Positions 29,301 to 39,483 are shown, counted from the first letter of the stretch. The stretch is 64,000 nucleotides of DNA from an uncultured delta proteobacterium (GCA_963803435.1 CAWDML010000005.1:160001-224000), one strand, 5' to 3'. Numbers and translations: made by a program. Notes: generated from the sequence alone by a model not told the origin.

Positions 29301-30713
29301 GTGGGGAAGAGCGTCCTCCTCATCGTGGTCGACAACCCCGCCCACCGGGTGTTGTTCAACAGGTATCTCAAGGCCACGCCGCACAGCCTCGTCTTCGCCG
29401 TCGACGGTGAGGACGGATTCGATCGCTTCGCCGAGATCAAGCCCGACCTGGTGATCGCGCACGTCAACGCTGCGCGCCTCGACGGCACCATCCTCTGCCA
29501 GCTGATCCGACAGCAGGCGGGCGGCCGCGAGGTGCCATTCGTGCTGATCGGCGAGGAGTTCGTCGACCCGGTCATCGGCAACCACCGGAAGAAGGCCGTC
29601 GGGGCCGACGCATTCCTGCCCATCCCTTTCAACAAGTCCCTGCTCGTCCAGTGCATCACGCCGCTGCTCGCCTTCGGACGCCCGGCCGAGGAGGAGGTGG
29701 GACCCTCGTGGGAGGACGCCGATCCGCCGACGGCCCCCATCGCCGAGATCCCGGACGACGCGCCGATCACGCGCAACGAGGAGTCGGACCTCGATACGGT
29801 GGTCAGCTTCAAGAACCCGTTCTACCGGCCGGAGGTGGAGACCTCGGGCGACGACTTCAACGCGATGATCGCGGGCCAGGACGGACCCACCGAGCTCCAC
29901 CCAGAGGACGAACCGCTCGAGAGCGCCCGCAAGATCGCCGACCCCGCCGAGCGGAACCACCGCGCGATCCAGAGCTCCGAGGAGTCGCCGACCGGCCCGG
30001 ATCATACGGATCCCCTGGACGAGCCCAGGATCGATCCGGCACCGCGCCTCGATCGGCCGACCAAGTCGGATCTGATCCTGGAGCCGGTGCGCGAGCAGAC
30101 GCCCAGCGCCTCTCACGAGCAGCGCATCAGCCAGCTCCGTGCCTCGGCGCCGCCCGGTCCGCGTCGGGGCCTCGACGAGAGCCAGCTGGGCAAGCGCCTG
30201 GCGAAGCGCGTCCGCACCATGTACCGGCTGCTGGATCACGTGGACTACTACCGGATCCTCGGCCTGGAGCCGGCGGCGACCATCGATCAGATCACGGGCG
30301 CGTACTTCGAGCACTCGCTCGAGTTCCACCCGGATCGCTTCTTCCTGCTCCGCTCGGGCGACCTGAAGGAGAAGATCTACGAGATCTATCGCGTCGTCGG
30401 CCAGGCGTACCGCGTGCTGAGCGACGCGCGGGCGCGCGCCGAGTACGACGCCAGCCGGGCCGCCGGTGCCTCGGCGCCCGCGCCGCCGGTGGCGCTGATC
30501 CGACCGATCGAGACCAGACGAAAGGGCAGCCTCGAGATCCCGACGCACACGCTGGAGGCCGAGCGGTTCGTCGGCCTCGCCAGCGAGGCGATCGACGACG
30601 GCGATCTCAACGGCGCCCGCCTCCACCTCCACCTGGCCCTCACCTACGAGCGCGGCAACGGGGCTCTCAAGGACGCGCTCGCCGACGTGGCGCGGCGGCT
30701 CCGACCCCGCTGA
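29301..30713 (+). CDS. Atypical receiver domain + DnaJ domain protein
   Basis: N-terminal receiver fold (PDLVIAHVN, His where the acceptor Asp is expected); acidic linker; DYYRILGL...FHPDRF J-domain. Confidence 0.85.
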   Translation: MGKSVLLIVVDNPAHRVLFNRYLKATPHSLVFAVDGEDGFDRFAEIKPDLVIAHVNAARLDGTILCQLIRQQAGGREVPFVLIGEEFVDPVIGNHRKKAVGADAFLPIPFNKSLLVQCITPLLAFGRPAEEEVGPSWEDADPPTAPIAEIPDDAPITRNEESDLDTVVSFKNPFYRPEVETSGDDFNAMIAGQDGPTELHPEDEPLESARKIADPAERNHRAIQSSEESPTGPDHTDPLDEPRIDPAPRLDRPTKSDLILEPVREQTPSASHEQRISQLRASAPPGPRRGLDESQLGKRLAKRVRTMYRLLDHVDYYRILGLEPAATIDQITGAYFEHSLEFHPDRFFLLRSGDLKEKIYEIYRVVGQAYRVLSDARARAEYDASRAAGASAPAPPVALIRPIETRRKGSLEIPTHTLEAERFVGLASEAIDDGDLNGARLHLHLALTYERGNGALKDALADVARRLRPR

Positions 30714-30741
30714 AAAAAAAGGCCCGCCGGAGCGGGCCTTT
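30713..30741. terminator. Rho-independent terminator (strongest for the minus-strand tRNA transcript)
   Basis: A8-GGCCCGC-CGGA-GCGGGCC-TTT hairpin between convergent units. Confidence 0.8.
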
Positions 30742-30750
30742 CAACAAGGA

Positions 30751-30840
30751 TGGCGGAGAGACCGGGATTCGAACCCGGGAAGCAGTTTCCCGCTTACTGG
30801 TTTAGCAAACCAGCGCCTTCAGCCTCTCGGCCACCTCTCC
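30751..30840 (-). tRNA. tRNA-Ser(GCT)
   Basis: GGAGAGGTGGCCGAG...CTGGT-TTGCTAA-ACCAG, long variable arm, GGTTCGAATCC, encoded CCA. Confidence 0.96.
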
Positions 30841-30868
30841 GTCCACACTCTCAAACTCAAAGAACTCG

Positions 30869-30955
30869 CGGAGCAGGAGGGATTCGAACCCCCGGTACGC
30901 TTTCACGTACGGCGGTTTTCAAAACCGCTGCCTTCAGCCACTCGGCCACTGCTCC
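30869..30955 (-). tRNA. tRNA-Ser(TGA)
   Basis: GGAGCAGTGGCCGAG...GCGGT-TTTGAAA-ACCGC, long variable arm, GGTTCGAATCC; CCA not encoded. Confidence 0.95.
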
Positions 30956-31057
30956 CGGCAGCTCCCGCGTGACTACAACGCCGCTCCGGCAGCGTCTATA
31001 GACACCGTGTCGGGATGAATGCAACTACCCCCTGGATGGGTTAGAGAATCCCGCGAC

Positions 31058-32878
31058 ATGCCGGATCGAACCCTTCCACCCTGGGCCGAAGAGATCCGCG
31101 CGACGTACCTGCGCGGCGAGTCCTCCGTCTTCATCCTCGAAGGAAACGTCTACGACCGGATCCTCCACAAGGGGGATTTGACGCCCATCATCGACTTCCT
31201 GGTCGGCGATCTCCTCGCGAAGAAGCAGGTGATCGTCACCCTGAACCCGGCCACCGGGGTGAAGTTCCGGAAGAAGGACGCGAACGTCCAGAACCTCGAC
31301 GAGCTGGTGGGCGTCAAGGACAACGACCAGCTTCTGGCTGGGCTGGAGAAGCTGCTGCGCACGCAGGACGGCGTCGCGGTCATCATCGACTACGCGGAGA
31401 TGATCGCGCCCCGCGGCGACACGTCGTTCCTCACCACCTCCGACCGCAACTCGGTGGTCACCATCCATCGCTGGAGCCTCGACCGGCACTTCGAAAACTC
31501 GGACAACGTCGTGATCCTGGTGACCGAGACGATGGCGGAGCTCAACGCGAAGCTGGTCGGGAACCCGCGTGTCACCGCGATCCACGTCCCGCTCCCCGAC
31601 GAGACCGAGCGGGCGGCGCTGGTACGCCTGCTCGAGCCTGAGGCCAGCGCGCGCGACGTCGAGCGGTTGGCGTCGCTCTCGGCCGGCCTCAAGAACGTTC
31701 AGATCCGCGGGATCCTGGCGCCGGGGGAGGACGCCGAAGAGGATCGGGACGCCCGCTACGAGTACATCCGCAAGCTCCTCGGCGATCAGCCCAACGCCGC
31801 GGAGCGCGCCAAGAAGCTGACGCGACTGACCTCGGGGATGACGGCGGAGAAGATGGAGGCGTTCCTGCGGGCCGAGGGCCTGGAGGTCGATCGTTACCAG
31901 CGCGACGCCGGCCGCTACGACGAGGTCTTCACGCTCCTCAACCGTCGCAAGCGCGAGATCATCGAGAAGGAGTGCCTCGGGCTGATCGAGTTCGTCGAGC
32001 CCGCCCACGATTTCTCCGCGGTCGGCGGGATGGACGAGGTCAAGCGCGAGCTGATGCAGATCGCCCACAACATCCGCGAGGGCAACACCAAGCGCGTCCC
32101 CATGGGGCTCCTGTTCGTGGGGCCGATGGGGACCGGGAAGACGTTCGTGGCCGAGGCCTTCGCGAAGTCGTCGGGGCTGACCGCGATCAAGCTCAAGAAC
32201 TTCCGCAGCAAGTGGGTCGGTTCGACCGAGGGCAACCTCGAGAAGATCCTCGCGGTGGTCAAGGCGATCGGCAACATCCTGGTGATCATCGACGAGGGCG
32301 ATCGCGCCTTCGGCAGCACCGACGGCGAGGGCGACGGCGGCACCTCCAGCCGCGTGATGGCGCGGATCAAGGAGTTCATGAGCGACACGACCAACCGTGG
32401 GCGTGTGCTCTTCGTCTTGATGACGAACCGGCCGGATAAGCTCGACATCGACATCAAGCGCGCCGGTCGCCTGGATAAGAAGATCCCGTTCTTCTACAAC
32501 GACCTGCCCGAGGACATCGAGCCGATCATGCTGGCCCAGCTGCGGCGTCACCACATCACGCACGGCCTCGAGTTCCCGCGCGATCGGGAGGCCACCTCGG
32601 TGCGCCTCGCCGGGTTCTCGAACGCGGACGTGGAGGCGGTGATCCTCGAGGCCAACGACCTGGCTGCCGAGACCGGCACCAAGGTCACGCCCGAGATCTT
32701 CGAGCGCGCGTTCAACGACTACCTGCCCTCGCGGGACCAGGACATGCTCGAGTACATGGAGTTGCTGGCGGTGTTCGAGGCCTCCAGCCGCTCGATGTTG
32801 CCGGTGCGCTATCAAGGGATCACGCTCCCAGAGCTGCAGGAGCGACTGAGGCTCCTCCGGGCCAAGACGGGCCGCTGA
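31058..32878 (+). CDS. AAA+ ATPase (degenerate N-terminal AAA + active C-terminal AAA)
   Basis: [35 protein letters not shown]; alternative start 31019. Confidence 0.9.
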   Translation: MPDRTLPPWAEEIRATYLRGESSVFILEGNVYDRILHKGDLTPIIDFLVGDLLAKKQVIVTLNPATGVKFRKKDANVQNLDELVGVKDNDQLLAGLEKLLRTQDGVAVIIDYAEMIAPRGDTSFLTTSDRNSVVTIHRWSLDRHFENSDNVVILVTETMAELNAKLVGNPRVTAIHVPLPDETERAALVRLLEPEASARDVERLASLSAGLKNVQIRGILAPGEDAEEDRDARYEYIRKLLGDQPNAAERAKKLTRLTSGMTAEKMEAFLRAEGLEVDRYQRDAGRYDEVFTLLNRRKREIIEKECLGLIEFVEPAHDFSAVGGMDEVKRELMQIAHNIREGNTKRVPMGLLFVGPMGTGKTFVAEAFAKSSGLTAIKLKNFRSKWVGSTEGNLEKILAVVKAIGNILVIIDEGDRAFGSTDGEGDGGTSSRVMARIKEFMSDTTNRGRVLFVLMTNRPDKLDIDIKRAGRLDKKIPFFYNDLPEDIEPIMLAQLRRHHITHGLEFPRDREATSVRLAGFSNADVEAVILEANDLAAETGTKVTPEIFERAFNDYLPSRDQDMLEYMELLAVFEASSRSMLPVRYQGITLPELQERLRLLRAKTGR

Positions 32879-32991
32879 CCCGACCGACGAAACAGCGAGC
32901 GTTGAACGAACGGGCTCTTACCCGCGTGCGGTAAGGCACATTTGATCCCCAACCTGCGACACTCTCTCGCGGATCGAGGAGGGAACCCAGG

Positions 32992-33252
32992 ATGGGACTG
33001 TTGGATGGGCTCAAGAACTTGGCTTTCTCGCCGCTCCGCTTGGTCACCCAGGCGGTCGCCGGTGGTGGAGGCGGCGCGCTCACCGCGGACGGGGCGACGG
33101 CGCAGGTGGCGCTGGCGTCGGCGTCCACCCCTCTTCGGTCACCGCTGCATGCGGAGGGCAGCCTCTTCGGCGCCGGCGGATCACCGCAGGCGCAGAGCGG
33201 CGCGCAGGCCGCCATGATGAGCTACCCGACCAACGGCGCTGGAACGTGGTGA
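32992..33252 (+). CDS. Small Gly/Ala-rich hypothetical protein
   Basis: GAGGAGG RBS; MGLLDGLKNLAFSPL amphipathic start; no signal peptide. Confidence 0.6.
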   Translation: MGLLDGLKNLAFSPLRLVTQAVAGGGGGALTADGATAQVALASASTPLRSPLHAEGSLFGAGGSPQAQSGAQAAMMSYPTNGAGTW

Positions 33253-33256
33253 CCCC

Positions 33257-33712
33257 ATGAACCACGCGACGACCGCCGAGTGGGTTCAACAGCGCATGGA
33301 GGCGATCTTTCGCAGGTATCCGAAGGCGCAGGTCGATCGTGCGTACCCGGTCATGCTCCTCTTGATGGCGCGCGACTTCGGGCTCGACAACCTGGAGACG
33401 CCGCTTCGAGAGCGCGTGCTGACGCTCCTCGCCAACATCGGCGTGTACGAAGGCATGCCGGACGGCGAGGTCAAGTTCCGCATCACGCGGTTCGTCACGT
33501 GCCTCGAGGTCAACGAGCAGATCCTGTCCGATCTGAAAGAGGTGTTCGACGAGCACTACGCGGCGCTCGGGGAGAGCTCCGCGAAGAAGTTCATCCGGAA
33601 GGTGCTCCGCCGCACGGGCAACCGGTTCACACCGGACGCGCCGCCCAACATCAAGGGCACCGTCCTCGGTGAAGAGCTCGCTCGGAAGATGAAACGCCCG
33701 ATCCGCGCCTGA
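33257..33712 (+). CDS. Hypothetical protein
   Basis: Globular helical ORF 4 nt after the previous gene; typical codon usage. Confidence 0.7.
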   Translation: MNHATTAEWVQQRMEAIFRRYPKAQVDRAYPVMLLLMARDFGLDNLETPLRERVLTLLANIGVYEGMPDGEVKFRITRFVTCLEVNEQILSDLKEVFDEHYAALGESSAKKFIRKVLRRTGNRFTPDAPPNIKGTVLGEELARKMKRPIRA

Positions 33713-33734
33713 CGCGAAGCGTTAACCCTCGGGC

Positions 33735-36290
33735 ATGAGGGTGTACGCTCGGTTTGGGCTTGACCCCTCCGAAATCTCGGGCAAACGAATTCGGCCTGTT
33801 AGCATGCGACGAGGCCGACAGGAGTCGGCCGAGACGAGTTCGATCGTGCCGCCGAACCGATCCACGTTCGGGAAGTACGTACTTCTACGAAAGCTCGCCT
33901 CTGGCGGCATGGGGGAGATCTTTCTCGCGAAGCAGCGGGGCCCGTCGGGCTTCGAGAAGCTGCTGGTGATCAAGCGGATCCTCTCGCACCACCTCGACAA
34001 GAAGGACTACCTCGACATGTTCTTCTCCGAGGCGAAGCTGGTCGCCCGGCTCAACCACAACAACATCATCCAGATCCACGAGATGGGCGAGATCGATGGC
34101 GATTACTACATCGCCATGGAGTACGTCCGCGGGAAGTCGCTCCGGGACATCATCGACGAGCTCCGCGCGGAGGGCCGCAAGCTCCCGCTCCCCCACGTCA
34201 TCGATCTGGCGATGAAGCTGTGCGACGGCCTCGGCTACGCGCACCAGGCCCGCGACATCCGCGGTCACCCGATGAACATCGTCCATCGCGACATCAACCC
34301 GCACAACATCCTGATCTCGTACACCGGGGACCTGAAGCTCATCGACTTCGGCATCGCCAAGTCGGAGATGACCTCGGTCCACACGGCGACCGGCACGATC
34401 AAGGGCAAGTTCGTCTACATGTCGCCGGAGCAATCGGCGGCCGATCCCATCGACCGGCGGAGCGACATCTTCAGCCTGGGCATCGTCATCTACGAGATGT
34501 GCTGCCTGGAGAACCCGTTCGTGCGGCAGAACGTGGTGCTGTCGCTGGAGGCGATCCAGCGGCACGACGTGGCGCCCCCGTCGAGCAAGCGCGCCGATGC
34601 CGCTCCGCTCGACACCATCCTGATGCGGGCCCTGGCGAAGAAGCCCGAGGATCGCTTCCAGACGGCGATCGAGATGCGCGACGAGCTGCGCGCCCTCTTC
34701 CGGCTCAGCGCGGTCTCGCCGGCCGAAGAGGATCTCTCGGGATTCCTCCACGATCTCTTCTCCGCGGACATCGAGGAGGAGGACCGGCTCCTCGCCGAGG
34801 CGGATCAGGCCACCTCGACGCCCGCGGAGGAAGCGGACAGCGGCCTGATCGCGGCCACGCTGAAGCCGAAGGTCCCGTCGCAGAAGATCCAGATGGAGCC
34901 GCCGCCGGCGTCCCGGACGCCCGAGCCCGTCACCACCAGCCCGTTCGCCGATGAGGAGCCGACGCTGTCGGGCAACCTCGACGAGTACGCGGAGCGGTCC
35001 CGGGAGATCAGTCAGGTGAGCGGCGAGATCAACCGACCGGCCAGCCTGCTCGACGATGAGCTGCCCGAGGTGCACACCCAATCGGATCGCATCCCCAACA
35101 CCAACGGCTCGGTCGGCCGGTCGGACGCGATCGAGCTGGGGCCGGACGGCCTGCCGCTCCCCGGCGCGATCTCGCCGGGACTGATGGCGTCGCTGGCGCC
35201 CCGCGAGTCAGGGGAGATCCTGTCGATTCCGCCCTCCGCGTCCGACTCCTCCGCGCCGCAGCGGCCGCACGTGCCTCGGCCCGGCGCCATCGAGGCCCAG
35301 CTCGCCGACGACGCCGGTGTCTCGCCGTTTGCCGAGCCGCTCACCGGGCTGGAGCCGACCCGCGAGATGAAGAAGGGCGAGTCGCTGCTGGATCCGCAGC
35401 CGCGCCCTCAGCATCAATACATCACCGACGAGGACAGCGCGGGCGCGTTCACGCCGCCTCCCCGCTGGAAGCGCAGCCTGCGCCTCGCGATCTACCTGCT
35501 GGTCCTGGTCGTCACCACGGTGGCCGGGTTCGTGGCGACGCGCGCGGTGATCGGTCCCCGGGACGAGCCGACCGAGACCCCGATCGATCCCATCGCGCCC
35601 ATCGCGGACGATGATCCGCCGTCCGACCACGATCCACCGCAGCTGGGTCAGCCCGCCGACGAGGTCATCGAGGTGATCGAGGAGCCGCCGCCCCCGGCCC
35701 CGCCGCCGTCGCGCGTGGTCGTCCCGCGCAACGATCACGAGGACGAGGACTCGAACAATCCGAGGTCGAAGAGGAAGAAGAAGAAGAAGAAGAAGGACCG
35801 AGAGAAGGAGAAGGAGCACACGAAGGAGCGGGTCAAGTCTCCGCCTCCGCCTCCGCCCCCGCCCCCGCCCCCGCCCCCGCCCCCGGAGGTGAAGCACCGC
35901 GTGATCACACCGGACGAGCCGCCGGAGGAGACCGTTCGTCTCGGTGCGCTCACCGTGCGCGCCTCGGTCGGTGTGAAGGTCGAGCTCGACGGGCGGGCGC
36001 AGGGCAGCTCGCCGGCGACGATCCAGGTGCACCGCAGCTCGGGCCGGATCAAGCTGTACGGTGACGACGTGCCGTACGCGGTGGTGTTGATCTACGAGGT
36101 CAAGGACAGCGGTGTCTCGGTGAAGGTCGACGCTTCCCCGTGGGCGATCGTGAAGTACAACGGCCTGGCCATGGGACGGACGCCGCAGGGGCCGGTCGAC
36201 TCCGGGCTGCGCCATCGCTTCTCGCTGCTTCGACCCGGGCAGGACGATCCGTTCGTCGTCTCTCTCCTCTGGACGCCCAAGAAACCGTGA
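33735..36290 (+). CDS. Membrane Ser/Thr protein kinase with Pro/Lys-rich external region (start uncertain)
   Basis: LASGGMGEIF, VIKRIL, HRDINPHN, DFG, KGKFVYMSPE; TM LAIYLLVLVVTTVAGFVA. Confidence 0.93.
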   Translation: MRVYARFGLDPSEISGKRIRPVSMRRGRQESAETSSIVPPNRSTFGKYVLLRKLASGGMGEIFLAKQRGPSGFEKLLVIKRILSHHLDKKDYLDMFFSEAKLVARLNHNNIIQIHEMGEIDGDYYIAMEYVRGKSLRDIIDELRAEGRKLPLPHVIDLAMKLCDGLGYAHQARDIRGHPMNIVHRDINPHNILISYTGDLKLIDFGIAKSEMTSVHTATGTIKGKFVYMSPEQSAADPIDRRSDIFSLGIVIYEMCCLENPFVRQNVVLSLEAIQRHDVAPPSSKRADAAPLDTILMRALAKKPEDRFQTAIEMRDELRALFRLSAVSPAEEDLSGFLHDLFSADIEEEDRLLAEADQATSTPAEEADSGLIAATLKPKVPSQKIQMEPPPASRTPEPVTTSPFADEEPTLSGNLDEYAERSREISQVSGEINRPASLLDDELPEVHTQSDRIPNTNGSVGRSDAIELGPDGLPLPGAISPGLMASLAPRESGEILSIPPSASDSSAPQRPHVPRPGAIEAQLADDAGVSPFAEPLTGLEPTREMKKGESLLDPQPRPQHQYITDEDSAGAFTPPPRWKRSLRLAIYLLVLVVTTVAGFVATRAVIGPRDEPTETPIDPIAPIADDDPPSDHDPPQLGQPADEVIEVIEEPPPPAPPPSRVVVPRNDHEDEDSNNPRSKRKKKKKKKDREKEKEHTKERVKSPPPPPPPPPPPPPPPEVKHRVITPDEPPEETVRLGALTVRASVGVKVELDGRAQGSSPATIQVHRSSGRIKLYGDDVPYAVVLIYEVKDSGVSVKVDASPWAIVKYNGLAMGRTPQGPVDSGLRHRFSLLRPGQDDPFVVSLLWTPKKP
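35774..35886 (+). repeat. Coding low-complexity repeats (AAG)n and (CCGCCY)n
   Basis: Encode a poly-Lys tract and a long poly-Pro tract inside the kinase. Confidence 0.8.
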
Positions 36291-36874
36291 AGCGCTTCGC
36301 CCCGCTCCTGACGATCCTCGCCTTCGGCGGCGAGGCGTTCGCAGAAGGCGATACCGAGCCGCCCGTGATCACGCATGTTCGGATCGCGAACGCTCCGATC
36401 AACCAGCCGATCGCCGTGCGGGCGCGGATCGAGGATGCGAGCGAGGTCTTCGCGCCCTCGGTGTATGTGCGCGCGGTCGGCTCCGAGATGTTCGACAACA
36501 TCCCGATGACGAAGGTCGAGGACGGCTACCAGGCGATCATCCCCGCCGAGCAGGTCACGCAGGCGATCGAGTACTTCATCGAGGCGTTCGACGAGCAGGG
36601 CAACGGGCCGGCCCGCGAAGGGACGCCGGAGCAGCCGATCCGGGTGCTGGTGTTCGATCCGAAGAGCGGACCGCCGCCGCCCGGTGGTGGGCCTCCGCCG
36701 CCTCCTCCCGCCGGCGGAGGAGGAGGCGTCGCCACCAAGTGGTGGTTCTGGACGATCATCGTCGGCGTGGTGGTCGTCGGCGCGGGGACCGGGATCGTGC
36801 TGGCGACGCGGGCGGGACCGGTGGGTTCGGTCGACGTCGAGGTCCATGGACCCGATCCGACGAGCGGCCTCTAG
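36287..36874 (+). CDS. Exported Ig-like protein with C-terminal anchor
   Basis: Signal peptide; PPVITH...IEYFIEAFD..GN; KWWFWTIIVGVVVVG. Confidence 0.75.
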   Translation: MKRFAPLLTILAFGGEAFAEGDTEPPVITHVRIANAPINQPIAVRARIEDASEVFAPSVYVRAVGSEMFDNIPMTKVEDGYQAIIPAEQVTQAIEYFIEAFDEQGNGPAREGTPEQPIRVLVFDPKSGPPPPGGGPPPPPPAGGGGGVATKWWFWTIIVGVVVVGAGTGIVLATRAGPVGSVDVEVHGPDPTSGL

Positions 36875-36882
36875 GAGGGATC

Positions 36883-37338
36883 ATGCGGGGACCCTGCTTC
36901 TTTATCCTGGTATGCGCGCTCGGTTGCGGCGGTGATCCCGGCGTGGCGGCGCACATCGCGTTCCAGGCCCACGCGGTGGTGGCGTGCAACGCTGGTGATC
37001 CGCCGCTGAAGGCTCGGCTGCAGGCGAGCGGCGTCGACGGCTTCTGCCCGCTTCAGGTGGGCGGCGATCGAATGGTGACCGGGACCTGCTTCGACGTTCC
37101 GGCCAAGGCGGTGCGTGCGTTCCGCCTGATCTACTACGCGACCTACGATCGGGACTATGAGCTGGCGGTGGCCGCCCAGACGCTCGACCTCACCGATGAG
37201 ACCCGGAAGACCGTGGTGCTCGACTTCCCCGCCGACTCGCTCGATACGAATCGAGACGACGACGGGGACGGCTTCATCAACCTGGTCGAGTTCTGCTGCG
37301 GCAGCCACCCCGGCATCAACGCCGAGACGTGCCCGTGA
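36883..37338 (+). CDS. Cys-rich lipoprotein with C-terminal Ca-binding DxDxDG motif
   Basis: AGGAGG RBS; ALGC lipobox; DDDGDGFINLVE. Confidence 0.7.
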   Translation: MRGPCFFILVCALGCGGDPGVAAHIAFQAHAVVACNAGDPPLKARLQASGVDGFCPLQVGGDRMVTGTCFDVPAKAVRAFRLIYYATYDRDYELAVAAQTLDLTDETRKTVVLDFPADSLDTNRDDDGDGFINLVEFCCGSHPGINAETCP

Positions 37339-37347
37339 GGGAGAGGA

Positions 37348-38017
37348 TCAGCGGACGTTGTTCAGCGCGTTCTTCGCGGCGTCGTGCTTGGTCTTCATGA
37401 TGTTGGAGACCAGGTTGAACTGCCGCGTATCGATCTGAATCTTCTCCTGCAGCTGCAGGTACTGCAGGTTGAAGCTGGCCTGGAACTCGGCCATCTGCTT
37501 CGTCGCGCTCATCATCTGGTTGAACGCGTCGGAGGCGCCGGTGTTGTCGGTCGCGCCCGAGAAGTTCGAGGCCGGCTGATCGAGGTTCGTGCTGAGGCCG
37601 GGACGGGCCCCCGGGATCGCGAGCGTGCCGTTGTTGAAGTTGCCCGGGGCCACGCCGGCGCCGCCGCCCACGTTGCTGCCGAGGCCCGAGCCCGGAGCCG
37701 TGAGGCCGGACGCGGTCGAATCCGTAGACCGCCCCTCCGCTGCCACCGGCGCCGGAGTAGGAGCCGCCGCGCCCGACGTTCGCTCCCCCGACGCCGCCGC
37801 CGGAGATGGCGTTGGTGGCGCCGGCGAGCGCGGCCGAGATGATCGCGCCGCCCGGGACGAAGGGCGCGGCGACCTGCATGCCCTGGAGGACCACGTCGCC
37901 GGTCCGGATCAGGCCGTTGCGCATGACCGAGCCGAAGTCGGTCTTCGGGGTCTGCCGGGTCGTGGTGGCGACGGTGGAGAGGCGGATGCTGCTCTGGCGG
38001 ACTTTCTGGTTCTCCAT
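37348..38017 (-). CDS. T3SS needle/filament-like secreted protein (frameshift near 37730)
   Basis: C-terminus FNLQYLQLQEKIQ...FNLVSNIMKTKHDAAKNALNNVR resembles the SctF/needle-type tail; N-terminus in ORF 37316..38017; AAGGA RBS. Confidence 0.65.
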
Positions 38018-38094
38018 GACTCTTTCCTTCGACCGAGGCTCCTGACGACGACGACAAAGGCTCCCCTTTTGTCACATCCTCGATTCGTCGTTCG

Positions 38095-38155
38095 TTATCG
38101 GCGGGCGCACGAGGGCGTTGCGTGAAAAAACGCCTCTCACCTGAACGTACAGTGG
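38095..38155 (-). promoter_or_regulatory. Sigma28-type promoter with upstream CCACTGTA box
   Basis: Minus strand: CCACTGTA-N19-TTTTCACGCAACG-N9-GCCCGCCGATAA; GCCGATAA is the canonical FliA -10. Confidence 0.75.
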
Positions 38156-38156
38156 A

Positions 38157-38498
38157 CTACTCGGAGCCGGTGCGGGCCTTGAGGGCTTCTTTGGTCGCGA
38201 AGAGGTACTCCATCAGGTCAGCGCAGCGCTCGTAGGCAATCATGGCCTTCTTGGCCGCGCCCTTCACCTTGGGGTCGTTCCCGCCGACCAGGCCCTCCAG
38301 CCGCTCGTAGGCGGGGCGGAGGGTCTCGGCCAGGTCGTCGATGCTCCCCTCCTCGAGGTGGCGCTCAATCGTTGGAAAACCGACGCTGGGGCTGGGCTCG
38401 GGCTCGGTCTGGGCCACGGTACGCTGGAAGGAGCGCACCTCCGGCCGCCGCTTGTCGGCGATCCGAAAGGTCTCGAGGTCCTCGTCCTTCCCGCCCAT
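38157..38498 (-). CDS. Hypothetical protein in T3SS-like cluster
   Basis: SVGFPTIE...KKAMIAYERCADLMEYLF; small helical protein. Confidence 0.7.
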   Translation of the reverse strand: MGGKDEDLETFRIADKRRPEVRSFQRTVAQTEPEPSPSVGFPTIERHLEEGSIDDLAETLRPAYERLEGLVGGNDPKVKGAAKKAMIAYERCADLMEYLFATKEALKARTGSE

Positions 38499-38605
38499 TC
38501 ACGCGATCTATTTCAGAGCGGTCGAGTCTTCGCAAGTCGGCGGCGTCTGCCCGGAGAAGGCCCCGAAGTGGACGGGGCCGCGCGGGCCGGGCTAAGGTGG
38601 AGTCG

Positions 38606-39019
38606 ATGTCCGACCCGGTGATGGTCGAGGGCTTGATTCCGGTGTCCCAGGGTGAGGTCGGGCTCTTGCTCGAGTCCGGGTACCTTTACCTCGAGATGCA
38701 GAAGTTCAAGGAGGCGGAAGAGATCTTCACCGGGGTCGCCGCCCTCGTGCCCCACAGCGAGGTCCCTCTGATTTGTCTAGGGAACCTCCACTTCAGCCAG
38801 GGCCGGTTCGAGCGCGCCCTCAAGTTTCACAAAGAGGCGCTGAAGAAGAATCCGGAGAGCGCGCTGGCGCAGGCACACATGGGCGAGGCGCTCGTTTTCA
38901 TGAAGAAGAAGAGTGAGGCGAAGACCGCGCTGGAAAAGGCGATCCAGATGGAGCCGGAGGGGGATGCGGCGGCGTTCGCCAGCAGCCTGCTCGACGGCAT
39001 TGCGGCGGGGGTGGTGTAG
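38606..39019 (+). CDS. TPR protein, T3SS class II chaperone (SycD/LcrH)-like
   Basis: LLLESGYLYLEMQKFKEAEEIF; about three TPR units; small; context. Confidence 0.75.
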   Translation: MSDPVMVEGLIPVSQGEVGLLLESGYLYLEMQKFKEAEEIFTGVAALVPHSEVPLICLGNLHFSQGRFERALKFHKEALKKNPESALAQAHMGEALVFMKKKSEAKTALEKAIQMEPEGDAAAFASSLLDGIAAGVV

Positions 39020-39021
39020 CG

Positions 39022-39474
39022 ATGCCGAGGATCGGAGGCAGCGGTGGTCCATTCGTCCCGCCCCAGACGCCCGGGGCGCAACAGACCAACCAGGCCCAGA
39101 ACGCTGGGAAGACGGAGTTCGCCAGCAAGGTCCAGCAATCGGCCACCCAAGGGACGGACGCCGCCCGGACCCAGCAGGCCAAGACGACCCAACAATCGCA
39201 GCTGACCGGGAAGGCCCGCGAGATCGCGCACCGGCTCCAGAACGGTCAGCTCACGCAGAAGGAGGCGACGCGAGAGTTCGTGTCGCTGGTGATCGAGGAG
39301 CGCTTCCCGCAGCTCAAGAAGAAGAAGAAGCGCAAGCAGAAGGACGACGAGAAGGATGACGATCCACAGAGCCAGGAGGAGATGATCGAGGAGGCGGTGA
39401 CCGAGCTGATCGACCGCGACCCCGACCTGGCCAAGCGGCTCCAGACCCAGTTCAAGAAACTGGCAGCGAAGTGA
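39022..39474 (+). CDS. Hypothetical protein with disordered Gln-rich N-terminus (T3SS-associated)
   Basis: MPRIGGSGGP...; helical C-terminus; between the chaperone and the sigma factor. Confidence 0.7.
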   Translation: MPRIGGSGGPFVPPQTPGAQQTNQAQNAGKTEFASKVQQSATQGTDAARTQQAKTTQQSQLTGKAREIAHRLQNGQLTQKEATREFVSLVIEERFPQLKKKKKRKQKDDEKDDDPQSQEEMIEEAVTELIDRDPDLAKRLQTQFKKLAAK

Positions 39475-39483
39475 TCGAGAGTT

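Noticed and set aside
30751-30955. tRNA-Ser pair as an integration site for an island
   Set aside because: No integrase and no duplicated tRNA 3' end seen in the window
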